This document shows positions 36,027 through 47,406 of a stretch of DNA of 64,000 nucleotides, piece by piece (positions within the stretch are counted from its first letter, which is position 1; every line of letters begins with the position of its first letter). The notes below the pieces were generated by a model. It was not told the origin of the DNA. It did not search any database and worked only from the letters and a program-made list of their open reading frames with translations. The DNA lies in NCBI GenBank assembly GCA_018399655.1, contig JAGYNS010000001.1:4658-68657 (forward strand), read 5' to 3'. The DNA comes from Campylobacterales bacterium (lineage in GTDB: Bacteria; Campylobacterota; Campylobacteria; Campylobacterales; Arcobacteraceae). The translations under genes were made by a program, and so were the position numbers.

Positions 36027-37580
36027 ATGAACAAAAATAAAATTATCATATTTGATACTACATTAAGAGATGGGGAGCAGTCTCCAGGGGCTTCAATGAA
36101 CACAGCAGAAAAGATCCAAATTGCACAACAATTGGAAAAATTGCGTGTAGATGTGATTGAAGCGGGTTTTGCAGCAGCAAGTCCTGGGGATTTTGATGCT
36201 ATTTCACAAATTGCAAAAACGATACAAAACAGCAAAATATGCTCTTTGGCAAGAGCAGTTGAAAACGATATCAAAGCAGCAGGGGAAGCTATAGCTTCGG
36301 CTAAAATGCGTCGTATCCATACATTTATAGCAACAAGTCCAATTCATATGCAATACAAATTGAAAATGACCCCTGATCAAGTGATCAAAAAAGCGATTGA
36401 AGCGGTGCAATATGCCAAAACATTTGTAGATGATGTAGAATTTTCACTTGAAGATGCTGGAAGAAGTGAGATCTCTTTTATGAAAGAGATTACCCAAGCA
36501 GTTATTGAAGCAGGTGCTACAACGATCAATTTACCAGATACAGTAGGATATAGATTGCCCCATGAGATAAAAGCGATGGTGGAACAGATGGTTGCCTTTG
36601 TCAAAGATGATGCGATTATCTCTTTACACAACCACAATGACTTAGGATTAGGGGTTGCTAATACTCTAGCTGGAATTGAAGCGGGTGCTAGACAAGTTGA
36701 GTGTACCATCAACGGTTTAGGGGAGCGAGCTGGAAATGCAGCGATGGAGGAGATTGTGATGACTTTAAAAACACGGCAAGATGTTTTTAAAGATGTATAC
36801 ACAGATATCAACACCAAAGAGATCATCACCGCTTCAAAAATGGTGGCAAATATTACAGGGATAGAGCCACAGCCAAATAAAGCAATTGTAGGGAAAAATG
36901 CATTTGCCCACGAAAGTGGGATCCACCAAGATGGTGTCTTAAAACACCAAGAGACTTATGAGATTATGAAGCCTGAAGATATAGGGATTGAAAAAAATAA
37001 CTCTATTGTTTTAGGGAAACACTCTGGAAGAGCCGCTTTTAAAGACAAATTGAAACATTTGGGATTTGGTGATCTTATTGAAGAGGAGTTACAAGCTGCA
37101 TTTGATCGATTTAAGATGTTGTGTGACAAGAAAAAAGATATCGCAGATGATGATATACGGATGATTGTTGCTGATGAGAAGTTAAATCACAACAAAACCT
37201 ATGAGATCATAGCGGTTCAAATCTCTGATTGCTCAAATGGAGTTCCAAGTGCCGTAGTGCAGATCAAACACAAAGATGAGATTATCACCGATGCTGCCAT
37301 TGGAAATGGAACCATGGATGCTATTTTTAAAACCATAGATCGAATAACTGGTTATGAGGGGACATTGGTTGATTATACTGTAAAAGCAGTCACGGAAGGG
37401 AAAGATGCTTTAGGAAAGGTCACAGCAAAAGTAACTTTTAATGATGACAATCCCCCTATGATAGGACACGGACTAAGCGTAGATACTATGGTTGCTAGTG
37501 CTAGGGCATATATTGGAGCACTCAATAGCTACTTATCTATGAAAGATATGTTAAACAAAACAAAGCAACATCAGGTATAA
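36027..37580 (+). CDS. leuA: 2-isopropylmalate synthase
   Basis: [46 protein letters not shown]-terminal regulatory domain. Confidence 0.98.
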   Translation: MNKNKIIIFDTTLRDGEQSPGASMNTAEKIQIAQQLEKLRVDVIEAGFAAASPGDFDAISQIAKTIQNSKICSLARAVENDIKAAGEAIASAKMRRIHTFIATSPIHMQYKLKMTPDQVIKKAIEAVQYAKTFVDDVEFSLEDAGRSEISFMKEITQAVIEAGATTINLPDTVGYRLPHEIKAMVEQMVAFVKDDAIISLHNHNDLGLGVANTLAGIEAGARQVECTINGLGERAGNAAMEEIVMTLKTRQDVFKDVYTDINTKEIITASKMVANITGIEPQPNKAIVGKNAFAHESGIHQDGVLKHQETYEIMKPEDIGIEKNNSIVLGKHSGRAAFKDKLKHLGFGDLIEEELQAAFDRFKMLCDKKKDIADDDIRMIVADEKLNHNKTYEIIAVQISDCSNGVPSAVVQIKHKDEIITDAAIGNGTMDAIFKTIDRITGYEGTLVDYTVKAVTEGKDALGKVTAKVTFNDDNPPMIGHGLSVDTMVASARAYIGALNSYLSMKDMLNKTKQHQV

Positions 37581-37609
37581 TTATAAAAAAATTTCGCAGG
37601 AGATAAAAA

Positions 37610-37750
37610 ATGAAAAGTTTTTTTACTTTTTTACTTATTTGTGTAGCACTTTTAAGCTTGTCAGGATGTGCTACTTGGGATGGGCTAAAAGAAGATACTT
37701 CTAAAGCTTATGACTCCACAAAAGAAGCGCTTCACGAAGCGACTGAATAG
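37610..37750 (+). CDS. Small lipoprotein, entericidin EcnA/B-like
   Basis: AGGAG RBS; MKSFFTFLLICVALLSLSGCATWDGLKEDTSKAYDSTKEALHEATE*, lipobox LSGC. Confidence 0.8.
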   Translation: MKSFFTFLLICVALLSLSGCATWDGLKEDTSKAYDSTKEALHEATE

Positions 37751-37765
37751 AAACTAAAGATTCAA

Positions 37766-39346
37766 GTGAAAAGTTTTATAGTAAATCTAGCGTATACACT
37801 TGAATCTTCAAAAAAATATTACAAAACAAAACATTTTTTTTATCAATTTTTAGAAGACGACAACTTCTCTTATAAAAAATATTTTGATCTTTTTATGATC
37901 TTTTTAGTACTTTAAGTACGGTTGGTATTCTTATCTGGTGATGGTAGTGAAACCACTGAAGAAATCAATACCTATGAAACTTTTGCGATTATTATATTTA
38001 TTATTGAGTGGCTTTGTAGAGTTTGGGTAAGCTCTCATGCTAGAAAGCATATTATACAAGAGTATGAAAAATCAGAACTTCTTCATAAACCCTATAGCTT
38101 AAAAAAATCTCTCCACAAGATTGCAAAAGAGAAGTTTGCTTTTATTCTGTCTCCTATGTCGATTATTGATCTACTTGCTATCTTACCATACTATCGACCA
38201 CTTAGACTTTTAAGAATTTTTATGCTTTTTCGACTTTTTAAGGTATTAAGATATACCAATTCTTTAAAACAATTTCGGTATGTTTTTATTGAAAAAAAGG
38301 TTGAACTTTTCACTTTAGCCATTATGTTTTTAATGATCATCACCTTTGGTTCAACTGTTATTTATATCTTTGAAGGGGCAGGAGTCAATCCAAACATTTA
38401 TAATTTTTTTGATGCGGTGTATTGGTCAGTTATTACTATATCAACTGTTGGATTTGGAGATATATCTCCTGTTACAACTCCTGGGAAATTAGCTACTTTA
38501 TTTTTAGTAATTGGAGGGATTAGTGTTATTGCATTTTTCACTTCAACTGTCACAACCGCTTTACATGAAAAGCTCCCACTGATCAAACAAGAAAAAACCA
38601 TATCTGAAGCTAGTTCGATGGAAGATTTTACGATTATTTGTGGTTTTGGAAAAATGGGTCAAATAGTTGCCCAAGAGCTTTTAAAAAGTGATTACAAAAT
38701 TATTGTAATTGATAAAGAAAAAGAGCAACTTCAAGTTGACTGGAAAAAGAATATCTTAAGAATAGATGGAGATGCTACAGACTCAGCACTACTGCTCCAA
38801 CTTGGTGTCAACAAAGGGGCAAAAAATATTATCGCGTTAACGAACGATGATGCTACTAACTTATCTATAGTTTTAACAGCAAAAGCTCACGCACCAAATA
38901 TCAATATAATTGCACGAGCCAACACTCCTGAAGTAAAAAACAAACTTTTATTAGCAGGGGCAAATCAAGTCGTCTCTATCAATGAAATTGTCGCACAAAT
39001 AGCTACTGAATACATAGGTCAGCCTGTGGCATTTAATGCTATTGATGATATCCTTTTAAATACAGAAGGGGCGATCATTGATGAGATTAAAATATCTGAA
39101 AACTCCCCACTTATAGGTGCCACGCTAAATTGTATTGAGTTTTTTAACTATAATCTTACCCTTTTAGGAATCATTGAAGCAAAAAACAATAAAAAACTTC
39201 TTTTTAACCCTAAAAAAGATCAGTATACCCTAAAAAGCAAAGATGTCCTTATCGTGATGGGGTATAAAGATTCCATTATTGAACTCAAAATTGATATTTT
39301 GAATAATAAAAAGTTTTTAAAAAAAAGAGATAAAGATGGAAAATAA
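37766..39346 (+). CDS. Potassium channel with RCK (TrkA-N/C) domain
   Basis: S4-like RPLRLLRIFMLFRLFK, filter TVGFGD, GFGKMG Rossmann; GTG at 37766 is in frame but there is a local stop near 37913. Confidence 0.9.
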
Positions 39347-40031
39347 AATCGTTATTTATACTTTTAGTTCTATTGCAAAACAAATAGCCTCCACCCTTAG
39401 TGCAAAAAAATATCAAATCATCATTGTAGATCCAGATCAAAATCGTTGCAAAGAGGCTAAAAAGCTAGGATACCAAACACAACGGCTCTCTTTGATGGAG
39501 GATCAAAATATCAATAGTTTGCACTTAGAAGACCCTACAATCAAAGCATTTTTTTGCTTAAGTGAAGAGAAAAAAACCAATCTTTTTATCACTTTGAGTG
39601 TAAAAAGTCTTGTAAAAGAGTTAAAAATCATCACTGTATCGTATCATCATGATGATAACAAAGCTATAGCATTAGCAGGTGCAGATAAGATTATCAATCC
39701 ATACGAGCTAGGAGCTTTACGAACTTTTCATCTTCTTCATAAGCCATATATTTTAGAACTCCTTGATAATATACTCTTTAGTGAATCTAATATTGAAGTA
39801 GCTGAGATTAGCTTACCAAAAAACTCAAGCTATAGTGGAACTTATATAAATGAGCTTCATGCTATTGAGAAATACAATCTTATTGTTTTAGGGATTCAAG
39901 ACAAAGAGTTAAGTGAAGAGTTTATTTTTTACTCAAAGGGGATCAATCATAAGCTTGATAGTGGAGATACTCTTGTGCTTCTAGGGGAATCCCATAATCT
40001 AAAAAGTTTTAAAAAATCAATTTTCAATTAA
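39336..40031 (+). CDS. TrkA family RCK regulatory protein
   Basis: AGADKIINPY and C-terminal TrkA-C GDTLVLLG. Confidence 0.88.
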   Translation: MENKIVIYTFSSIAKQIASTLSAKKYQIIIVDPDQNRCKEAKKLGYQTQRLSLMEDQNINSLHLEDPTIKAFFCLSEEKKTNLFITLSVKSLVKELKIITVSYHHDDNKAIALAGADKIINPYELGALRTFHLLHKPYILELLDNILFSESNIEVAEISLPKNSSYSGTYINELHAIEKYNLIVLGIQDKELSEEFIFYSKGINHKLDSGDTLVLLGESHNLKSFKKSIFN

Positions 40032-40074
40032 ACTTTTGATATAATTTTTAATATTAAATAAAAAAAGGGAAATT

Positions 40075-42048
40075 ATGACACAATTTTATTTTTTCTTAAG
40101 GCTTTTAAAAGAATCCTTTCGAGATCTTATACCCATCATTTTAGTTATCTTATTTTTTCAGCTTTTAGTTTTACAAACTGTTCCTGAGGGTTGGCTTGCT
40201 ACATCTATAGGTATGGTAATAGTGGGGATTGGTCTTGCTGTATTTTTACATGGTCTAGAGATTGGGATTTTCCCAGTTGGGGAAAAACTTGCGAAAGATT
40301 TTGCCCAAAGTGGTTCTACAAAGTGGGTATTGATTTTTGCTTTTGCTATTGGTTTTGGAACCACTATTGCAGAACCTGCTCTTGCAGTTATTGCAGACAA
40401 AGCAGCGGCTATTAGTAGTGGAAGGATTGATGCTCAAATTTTACGATATGTGGTAGCTTTATCCGTTGGCTTTGCAATTTTATTAGGAGTATACCGTATC
40501 ATAAAGGGGCACCCTATTCACTACTATATCATAGCTGGATATATTTTAGTAGTAGGGGTTACTTTTTTTGCCCCAAAAGAGATCATAGGCCTTGCATACG
40601 ACTTAGGGGGAGTGACCACTTCAACCGTAACGGTTCCACTAGTTGCAGCTCTTGGGATTGGTTTGGCTTCAACCATTAAAGGGAGAGATCCTATTATTGA
40701 TGGATTTGGTCTTATAGCATTTGCTTCACTTACCCCTATGATATTTGTTCAGGTGTATGGGATATTTGTCTATAACTTTGTTGAAGCAAAAGAGGTGGCT
40801 CAAGTTGTTATTGAAGCAAAGGTTTCTCAAACAATTGCTATTACACCTCAATCTATTATCGCTGGAATATTAAATGTAGTTAAAGATGTATTGCCTATTT
40901 TAGCGATTATATTTTTCTTTCAATATGCAATATTAAAGAAATCTATTGAGAACTTAAAACTTGTTGTTATCGGTTTTATCCTTGTTATTTTAGGACTATA
41001 TGCATTTATCCTAGGGCTTGAGATGGGGCTTTTTGCTTTGGGTGAATCTATGGCATATCAACTTACCCAATCTGGATATATGTGGGTAATTTATGCTTTT
41101 GCTTTTGCTATAGGTTTTTCAACCACTATGGCTGAACCTGCCCTCATGGCAATAGCTAAAAAAGCCAAAGAGATAAGTGATGGAAAAATTCATGACCTTA
41201 CTTTACGACTTTTTGTCGCTTTTGGGGTTGCTTTTGGTATCGCATTAGGTGCTTTTAGAATCGTAGATGGGGGACAGATTCACTATTATATTATCTTTGG
41301 ATATATTTTAGTGATAGTTCTTACCTATATGGCTCCAAAACATATTATCCCTATAGCGTATGATAGTGGAGGGGTTACAACCTCCACTGTTACCGTTCCA
41401 CTTGTGGCTGCACTTGGGATTGGACTAGCTACAAATATTGATGGGCGAAGTCCTCTTATAGATGGATTTGGGCTTATTGCATTTGCATCACTATTTCCAA
41501 TGATAACAGTGATGGCTTATGGAATTATCGTTGAAAGAATGGGGGTCAAAGGGGATACAGAACTCTCAAAAGAGGAGGAGAAAGTTTCCAAACTTCATGG
41601 CTCTTTAGAAGGATTAGACGATATGACTATGTCAACTATCAATCTTGATGCTTCTGGGCTCTCTCACTCTATGAAGCTTGATTTTTCAGCGGTGATTATA
41701 ATAGTGCCTAGAGGAAGTGAAGATGATGCCCTTCATGCAGCTAAAGAAGCAGGGGCAAGTGGAGTTACTATTATCAATGCTTCAGGGATGGGACTAGCGG
41801 AACTTGATAACTTCTATAGACACAAACCTGAAGAGAGTGATAAGCTTTTATTATTTATAGTTCCTAGTATGATTGTTGATAAAATTATACGAGAGATCGT
41901 CAAGCGACTTCATATCACCTCAGATGGAGATGGGATAGCTTTTACAGTCCCTATTTCACACATGAAAGGGATTAGCTTAAGACAAGAGGATATCTTTGAA
42001 AAAAAGGTAAAAGAGGAGCTGAAGAAGAAAAAAAGTCACAAAATGTGA
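40075..42048 (+). CDS. Tandem DUF1538 membrane protein fused to a P-II-like domain
   Basis: Two copies of AEPAL / [24 protein letters not shown] / [11 protein letters not shown]; C-terminal [16 protein letters not shown]...[10 protein letters not shown]. Confidence 0.88.
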   Translation: MTQFYFFLRLLKESFRDLIPIILVILFFQLLVLQTVPEGWLATSIGMVIVGIGLAVFLHGLEIGIFPVGEKLAKDFAQSGSTKWVLIFAFAIGFGTTIAEPALAVIADKAAAISSGRIDAQILRYVVALSVGFAILLGVYRIIKGHPIHYYIIAGYILVVGVTFFAPKEIIGLAYDLGGVTTSTVTVPLVAALGIGLASTIKGRDPIIDGFGLIAFASLTPMIFVQVYGIFVYNFVEAKEVAQVVIEAKVSQTIAITPQSIIAGILNVVKDVLPILAIIFFFQYAILKKSIENLKLVVIGFILVILGLYAFILGLEMGLFALGESMAYQLTQSGYMWVIYAFAFAIGFSTTMAEPALMAIAKKAKEISDGKIHDLTLRLFVAFGVAFGIALGAFRIVDGGQIHYYIIFGYILVIVLTYMAPKHIIPIAYDSGGVTTSTVTVPLVAALGIGLATNIDGRSPLIDGFGLIAFASLFPMITVMAYGIIVERMGVKGDTELSKEEEKVSKLHGSLEGLDDMTMSTINLDASGLSHSMKLDFSAVIIIVPRGSEDDALHAAKEAGASGVTIINASGMGLAELDNFYRHKPEESDKLLLFIVPSMIVDKIIREIVKRLHITSDGDGIAFTVPISHMKGISLRQEDIFEKKVKEELKKKKSHKM

Positions 42049-42056
42049 TCTTTTTT

Positions 42057-42887
42057 TTAATCAATTTTAGTTATAAGAATATCATTATGTGAATGCTCTA
42101 GCAAATCAAAAGCAAAAAAGCTAAAATTTCCTGTAGTGTGTATTGCGATAAGGTCTCTTTGATTTTCATCTGCATGTTTTACAAAAGCCTCAGGGTCAAG
42201 CCCATCTTTGATAACTGCTACATCCACTTTATTTTTATCTAAATCAAGTTTTTCATAAAACTCATACGCTTCTTGAACTGCTACTGTTTTCATATTTTCC
42301 TGAAAAGATATCGCCTCATTTTTATCCATCCCATAAAAGCTTAGTCTCCCTTCAAAAGGAACTAAGTAACTATTGAGCAGCTCAATTTGAGCTTGAGGAA
42401 AGAGGTTATGTATGGTATGGATATATTTTGCTGATTTTTCTGAGAGATCAGTAGGCATCATAATATTATCAAATTCCAAAGAGCTTTTATCTGATTTGAC
42501 AACAAGTGTTGGGACATCTATTGCTCGTACAATTGATTTGGTACTGCTTCCTAAAAATTGTCCAAGGGCTGATCTTCGCTCTCCACTACTTCCTATAATA
42601 ACCATAGCAGCTTTAAGCTCTTTTACAAACCTTTCAATCCCATCTTCTAAAGAATCTTGCCTACAGTGAAACTGCTCTTTTGTAAGAGATGGAAACTTTT
42701 GTTGTATATGAACCAAACTATTTTCATATACAGATTGCTCATCTTTGAGTTTATCAAAAAAACCTTTTTCAAGGATATGCACTACATGTACTTGGAAGTT
42801 ATGCTTACTAGCAAAATCAAACGCTTTGGTGATCACCTCAAAACTTCTTTGAGAAAAGTCTGTTGCTACGATAATATTTTGTTTCAT
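42057..42887 (-). CDS. Universal stress protein (tandem USP domains)
   Basis: IIVATDFS, IIGSSG, LGSSTKSIVR, IMMPTDLS. Confidence 0.92.
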   Translation of the reverse strand: MKQNIIVATDFSQRSFEVITKAFDFASKHNFQVHVVHILEKGFFDKLKDEQSVYENSLVHIQQKFPSLTKEQFHCRQDSLEDGIERFVKELKAAMVIIGSSGERRSALGQFLGSSTKSIVRAIDVPTLVVKSDKSSLEFDNIMMPTDLSEKSAKYIHTIHNLFPQAQIELLNSYLVPFEGRLSFYGMDKNEAISFQENMKTVAVQEAYEFYEKLDLDKNKVDVAVIKDGLDPEAFVKHADENQRDLIAIHTTGNFSFFAFDLLEHSHNDILITKID

Positions 42888-42902
42888 CTTTTATCCTTTA
42901 TT

Positions 42903-44510
42903 TTAATTATTGGAATATTTTTCCACTATAAGCTCACTTACCTTATCACTTGCAAGCTCATTTTCAATCACTATTTTATCTATCCCTAACTCTTGTATCA
43001 TATGCTTTTCAGCACTTGTGTGAATTTTTACTATGATCTTATGACTATCCACATATCGCTTTAATATTTCACATACATTATAGAGTTTTTTAGGATTGTC
43101 AATAGCTACGATCACATTTTGGGCACCAGAGATATTTGTACTTTTTATGATCTCTTTACTTGTAGCACTTCCAAAAACGATAGATTCTCCATTGCTTTTA
43201 GCTCTTTGATAGGTTTCGATATTGTTTTCAACTGCCACATAAATTTGACCACTATCACGAAGGGTTTTTGCTACATTTCTTCCAAACTCTCCAAACCCTA
43301 AAATTACCGTATGACCACTCACAGAGGTCGCTTCTATATTATGCTCCTCTTGGTTATTTTTTCGTGTGATAAAATCTGCCATTGCGGAGAGGTTTTTTAG
43401 AATGATAGGGGTAATAATCATCGAAAGGACAATAGTGACAATCATCACTTGACCATATGGAGGTCCTATAAGTCCACCTGATCGTGCCAGCTCTAAAAGA
43501 GCCAAAGAGAACTCCCCTACTTGGACAAGACTAAGAGCTGTTTTGATACTGACTCTTTTTGTTTCATTGATTTTTACAATTAAAAATATAAGGATAAATT
43601 TTAAAACCATAATAGCTACAAGGAGCAATAATATGATGTGGATATATTCAAATATGATATCAAATTTTATCTGCATCCCAACGGTTACAAAAAAGACCCC
43701 TAAAAGTAGATCACGAAATGGAATAAGATCAGCTTCTGCTTGATGTTTATATTTGGTCTCTGCAATCAGCATCCCCGCTATAAAAGCCCCAAGTGCGTGG
43801 GTAAATCCCATAGCGTGAGCTAAAACAGAAGCTCCAATAGCTAAAAAAAGGATCGTCCCTACAAAAAGCTCATCAGAGTTTGTTTTGACAATTGCATCAA
43901 AAAATGGCTCTAAAAGATATTTTCCAATAAACCATAAAAGAGTAAGAAGGATCACCGCACTTATAGCCATACGGATAACCATAGAACCTACATCACTACT
44001 ATCACTACTTAAAAAACCAATCACAAGTAAAATAGGGATCACTGCAATATCTTGCATGATCAAAATCCCTAAACTTCTTTGACCATATCGTTTATTGATC
44101 TCGCCAGTTTCATTGAATGTTTTAAGAACTATTGCAGTTGAAGAAAGAGCTATAGCTAAAGAGATGATAAATGAGACCTGCTGTTCAATCCCAAATATAT
44201 AATGTGCCATACCATACACCACAAGTGCAGTGATCCCTATTTGCATAGACCCAGCGACAAACACTTCGTTTTTCATCTTTTTAAGATGCTCTACAGAAAA
44301 CTCCAACCCTATAGTAAACATCAAAAATACCACCCCATACTCTGCTATCTCTTGAAGAGTATGGTTATTGACCGCATGGTGTAGATCAAATGAATAGGCT
44401 ACTATTGTCCCTGTAAATATATACCCTATGATCGTGGGAAGATGGACTTTTTTGAGAAAGATGTTTAAAACCAAAGCTATAAACAAAGCTGTAACAATCA
44501 CTGTTAACAT
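42903..44510 (-). CDS. CPA2 cation:proton antiporter (Kef-like) with TrkA-N domain
   Basis: GVVFLMFTIGLE, LSSTAIV, QDIAVIP, LGAFIAG, FFVTVGM, QVGEFS, GFGEFG. Confidence 0.93.
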   Translation of the reverse strand: MLTVIVTALFIALVLNIFLKKVHLPTIIGYIFTGTIVAYSFDLHHAVNNHTLQEIAEYGVVFLMFTIGLEFSVEHLKKMKNEVFVAGSMQIGITALVVYGMAHYIFGIEQQVSFIISLAIALSSTAIVLKTFNETGEINKRYGQRSLGILIMQDIAVIPILLVIGFLSSDSSDVGSMVIRMAISAVILLTLLWFIGKYLLEPFFDAIVKTNSDELFVGTILFLAIGASVLAHAMGFTHALGAFIAGMLIAETKYKHQAEADLIPFRDLLLGVFFVTVGMQIKFDIIFEYIHIILLLLVAIMVLKFILIFLIVKINETKRVSIKTALSLVQVGEFSLALLELARSGGLIGPPYGQVMIVTIVLSMIITPIILKNLSAMADFITRKNNQEEHNIEATSVSGHTVILGFGEFGRNVAKTLRDSGQIYVAVENNIETYQRAKSNGESIVFGSATSKEIIKSTNISGAQNVIVAIDNPKKLYNVCEILKRYVDSHKIIVKIHTSAEKHMIQELGIDKIVIENELASDKVSELIVEKYSNN

Positions 44511-44577
44511 AAGTGTCCCTTAAATATTTTTGATATAGTTTATCAAAATTACTTAAAGGTTGGTTTAAAAAAAGGGC

Positions 44578-45600
44578 TTAAAGTATTTGAGCCTTTTTAT
44601 TTTTCATCACCACTGTATCTTCAATACGCACTCCAAACTGTTCACTTAAGTAAATCCCAGGTTCAATAGTAAATACCATACTCTCTTCAATAATTGTGTG
44701 GGATCGCTGTGAGATCACTGGATACTCATGGATATCTAGCCCTACTCCATGTCCAGTGCTATGGACAAAATATTTTCCAAAGCCAGCTTTATCAATCACC
44801 TCTCTTGCAATACTATCTATTTTTGAAGCTTTCATCCCTACTCTTGCTTTTGATATAGCTTTTTCTTGAGCAAGGCGTACTGTATCGTAGACTTTTTGTT
44901 CCAATTTTGTTTTAAAAACTTGATCTCTTGAAAAATTGATATTTTTATTGAGTGCAGAGGTGCAAGTTCGATCACTACAGTATCGTTTATATTTTAACCC
45001 TGCATCCACCAAAAGCAGGTCATCTTTTTGTAGTGTATCTTTTGTAGGTAGTGCATGGGGCTTGGCACTATTTTGATTGATCGCTACTATTGGATCAAAG
45101 CTAAGATCATATTCCCCATCAAAACTTAAAAACTGTTTTGCTTTAAAAAATAGATTTTTTTCACTTTTCCCTAATCCTTGCTTTTGGATATAGAAAGCAA
45201 ATTTTTCAAAACCATCTCTTCCTAAACACATCGCTTTTTTTAAGTACTCTATCTCATGATCACTTTTTATGATCCGTTTGAGTTTAGAGAAATTTGGTTT
45301 TTGGACAAATTTTATAGCTAAGTTTTCTTGTAGCTTTTGAAAAGTAAAAAGGGAAAAATCATGAGGATCGATATGAAGCTTTTTGATTTTACTTTTTTTG
45401 AGTATCTTTCGTGCAGATTTTAAAAGATCATTGGATATAAGCACTTCACAGTTTTTGGCATATAATTTTGCCTCTATAGCATAACGCCCATCGGTGATAA
45501 AATAGTTATCACCGCTTAGACTTAGATAGATCACATTATCACAACTATATCCACACTCAAAATAGACCCCATTTTCATTTTGAAGTATATAGTTTTTCAT
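44578..45600 (-). CDS. Xaa-Pro aminopeptidase (M24 family)
   Basis: YCSDRT, HSTGHGVGLDIHE, FTIEPGIY, GVRIED. Confidence 0.94.
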   Translation of the reverse strand: MKNYILQNENGVYFECGYSCDNVIYLSLSGDNYFITDGRYAIEAKLYAKNCEVLISNDLLKSARKILKKSKIKKLHIDPHDFSLFTFQKLQENLAIKFVQKPNFSKLKRIIKSDHEIEYLKKAMCLGRDGFEKFAFYIQKQGLGKSEKNLFFKAKQFLSFDGEYDLSFDPIVAINQNSAKPHALPTKDTLQKDDLLLVDAGLKYKRYCSDRTCTSALNKNINFSRDQVFKTKLEQKVYDTVRLAQEKAISKARVGMKASKIDSIAREVIDKAGFGKYFVHSTGHGVGLDIHEYPVISQRSHTIIEESMVFTIEPGIYLSEQFGVRIEDTVVMKNKKAQIL

Positions 45601-45601
45601 A

Positions 45602-46096
45602 CTACTTTTGTGCTTGACTTACTTGAGCTTGAGCTTTTTGTTGCGCTTCTTTTGCTGCTTTCATCTCAGATACTATTTGAGTGATCGCCATAAGAGCCAT
45701 ATGATATCCAAATGGTCCAAACCCAGTAATAACCCCTAAGCTAGATTTTGCTGTTAGAGATTTTTGTCGAAACTCTTCCCTTTTGTAGATATTAGAAATA
45801 TGAACCTCAACTGTTGGGATATTTACGGCACTAAGAGCATCTGCTATAGCAATACTTGTATGGGTATACGCCGCTGGGTTGATGATAATTCCATCTACTG
45901 TCCCTAAACACTCTTGGATCTTGTCTACAATCTCCCCTTCAAGGTTACTTTGAAAAAACTCTAACTCCACACCATTTTGTGAAGCACTCCCTTTCATCTG
46001 CTCATGAATTTGATCTATAGTCATTGGTCCATAGATATTTTGCTCTCTAATCCCTAACATATTTAAGTTTGGTCCTTGAATTACCGCTATTTTCAT
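45602..46096 (-). CDS. aroQ: Type II 3-dehydroquinate dehydratase
   Basis: [34 protein letters not shown]. Confidence 0.97.
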   Translation of the reverse strand: MKIAVIQGPNLNMLGIREQNIYGPMTIDQIHEQMKGSASQNGVELEFFQSNLEGEIVDKIQECLGTVDGIIINPAAYTHTSIAIADALSAVNIPTVEVHISNIYKREEFRQKSLTAKSSLGVITGFGPFGYHMALMAITQIVSEMKAAKEAQQKAQAQVSQAQK

Positions 46097-46173
46097 CTCT
46101 TTCCTTTATATATAAACTTTTTTGGGTATAATATCTAAAAAAATCTAAGAGAAGCTCTAAAAGGATTTATATT

Positions 46174-47406
46174 TTGAAATTTTTATGTGCAGATTGGCTC
46201 TTAACATGTGATGAAGATTTTACCATAATAAAAGATGGTGCGATTGTTTTTGATTCACATATTGTAGAAGTAAGTACCTACGAAAAGCTTCAAGAGAAAT
46301 ACCCAAACGAAAATATTGAATATCTCGGGACAAATTCTTGTTTGATGCCAGGGCTTATCAATACCCACACCCATTTGGAGTTTAGTGCCAATAAAACCTC
46401 GTTGAAGTATGGTAACTTTGTTGATTGGCTCTTTTCGGTGATAACCCACCGAGAAAAACTTGTAGAGAAAGCTACAAAAAAGTATATCGATTTTGAGCTC
46501 AAAAAGATGATCCAAAATGGAACCACTACTATTGGAGCGATTAGCTCGTATGGATATGATCTAGAATCGTGTGTAGAATCTCCACTCAATGTGGTCTATT
46601 TTACTGAAGCTTTAGGAAGTAAGCAAGATATGATAGATACACTTTTTGCCGATTTTAAAGCAAAACTTCAAACTGCACAAAAATATGCAAGTGATCACTT
46701 CATCCCAGCTGTTGCGATCCATTCACCCTATTCTACACACCCTTTTTTAATTCGAGAGGTGCTTCAAATAGCCAAAGAAAATGGTATGGCAGTAAGTGCT
46801 CACTTTCAAGAATCAAAAGCTGAAAATGAGTGGCTCAATCATAGTTGCGGAGAGTTTGAGAAATTTTTTAAAAGTATGCTTGATCAAAAAAGCTCCCTTA
46901 CTACCCCTATGAATTTTTTAAACCAATTTCAAGGGATCAAGCCATTGAGCTTTACCCATTGTGTTGAAGCCAATAAGCAAGAGCTAGAAAAGATCAAGCA
47001 ATTAGGAGCTTCCATTATCCATTGTCCAAACTCAAATAGACTCCTTAACAATGCCACTTTAAATCTTAGCTATTTGAATGATATCCCTATGGCTATGGGA
47101 ACTGATGGACTTAGTTCTAATCATACTCTTAATATGTTTGAGGAGATGAAAAGTGCTTTATTTATCCACAACAATCTTGAGCCAAACCAACTCGCACAAA
47201 AACTTCTAAAATCTGCAACTTCAGGTGGAGCGAAAGCTTTAGGAGTTCAAAAAGGGGTTTTACAAAAAGGGTATGATGCAGATATTATTAGTTTTATCCT
47301 AGCTGATGAGATTGAGGATCAAGAGGATATTGCTATGGCGATCCTTCTTCATACAAATAGCACAACACATACATATATAGGCGGAAACGATGAACTTCAT
47401 AAGTAA
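46174..47406 (+). CDS. mqnF: Aminofutalosine deaminase family amidohydrolase
   Basis: PGLINTHTHLE, IHSPYS, AHFQES, HCPNSN, GTDG; divergent from aroQ, upstream of sppA and mqnE. Confidence 0.85.
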   Translation: MKFLCADWLLTCDEDFTIIKDGAIVFDSHIVEVSTYEKLQEKYPNENIEYLGTNSCLMPGLINTHTHLEFSANKTSLKYGNFVDWLFSVITHREKLVEKATKKYIDFELKKMIQNGTTTIGAISSYGYDLESCVESPLNVVYFTEALGSKQDMIDTLFADFKAKLQTAQKYASDHFIPAVAIHSPYSTHPFLIREVLQIAKENGMAVSAHFQESKAENEWLNHSCGEFEKFFKSMLDQKSSLTTPMNFLNQFQGIKPLSFTHCVEANKQELEKIKQLGASIIHCPNSNRLLNNATLNLSYLNDIPMAMGTDGLSSNHTLNMFEEMKSALFIHNNLEPNQLAQKLLKSATSGGAKALGVQKGVLQKGYDADIISFILADEIEDQEDIAMAILLHTNSTTHTYIGGNDELHK

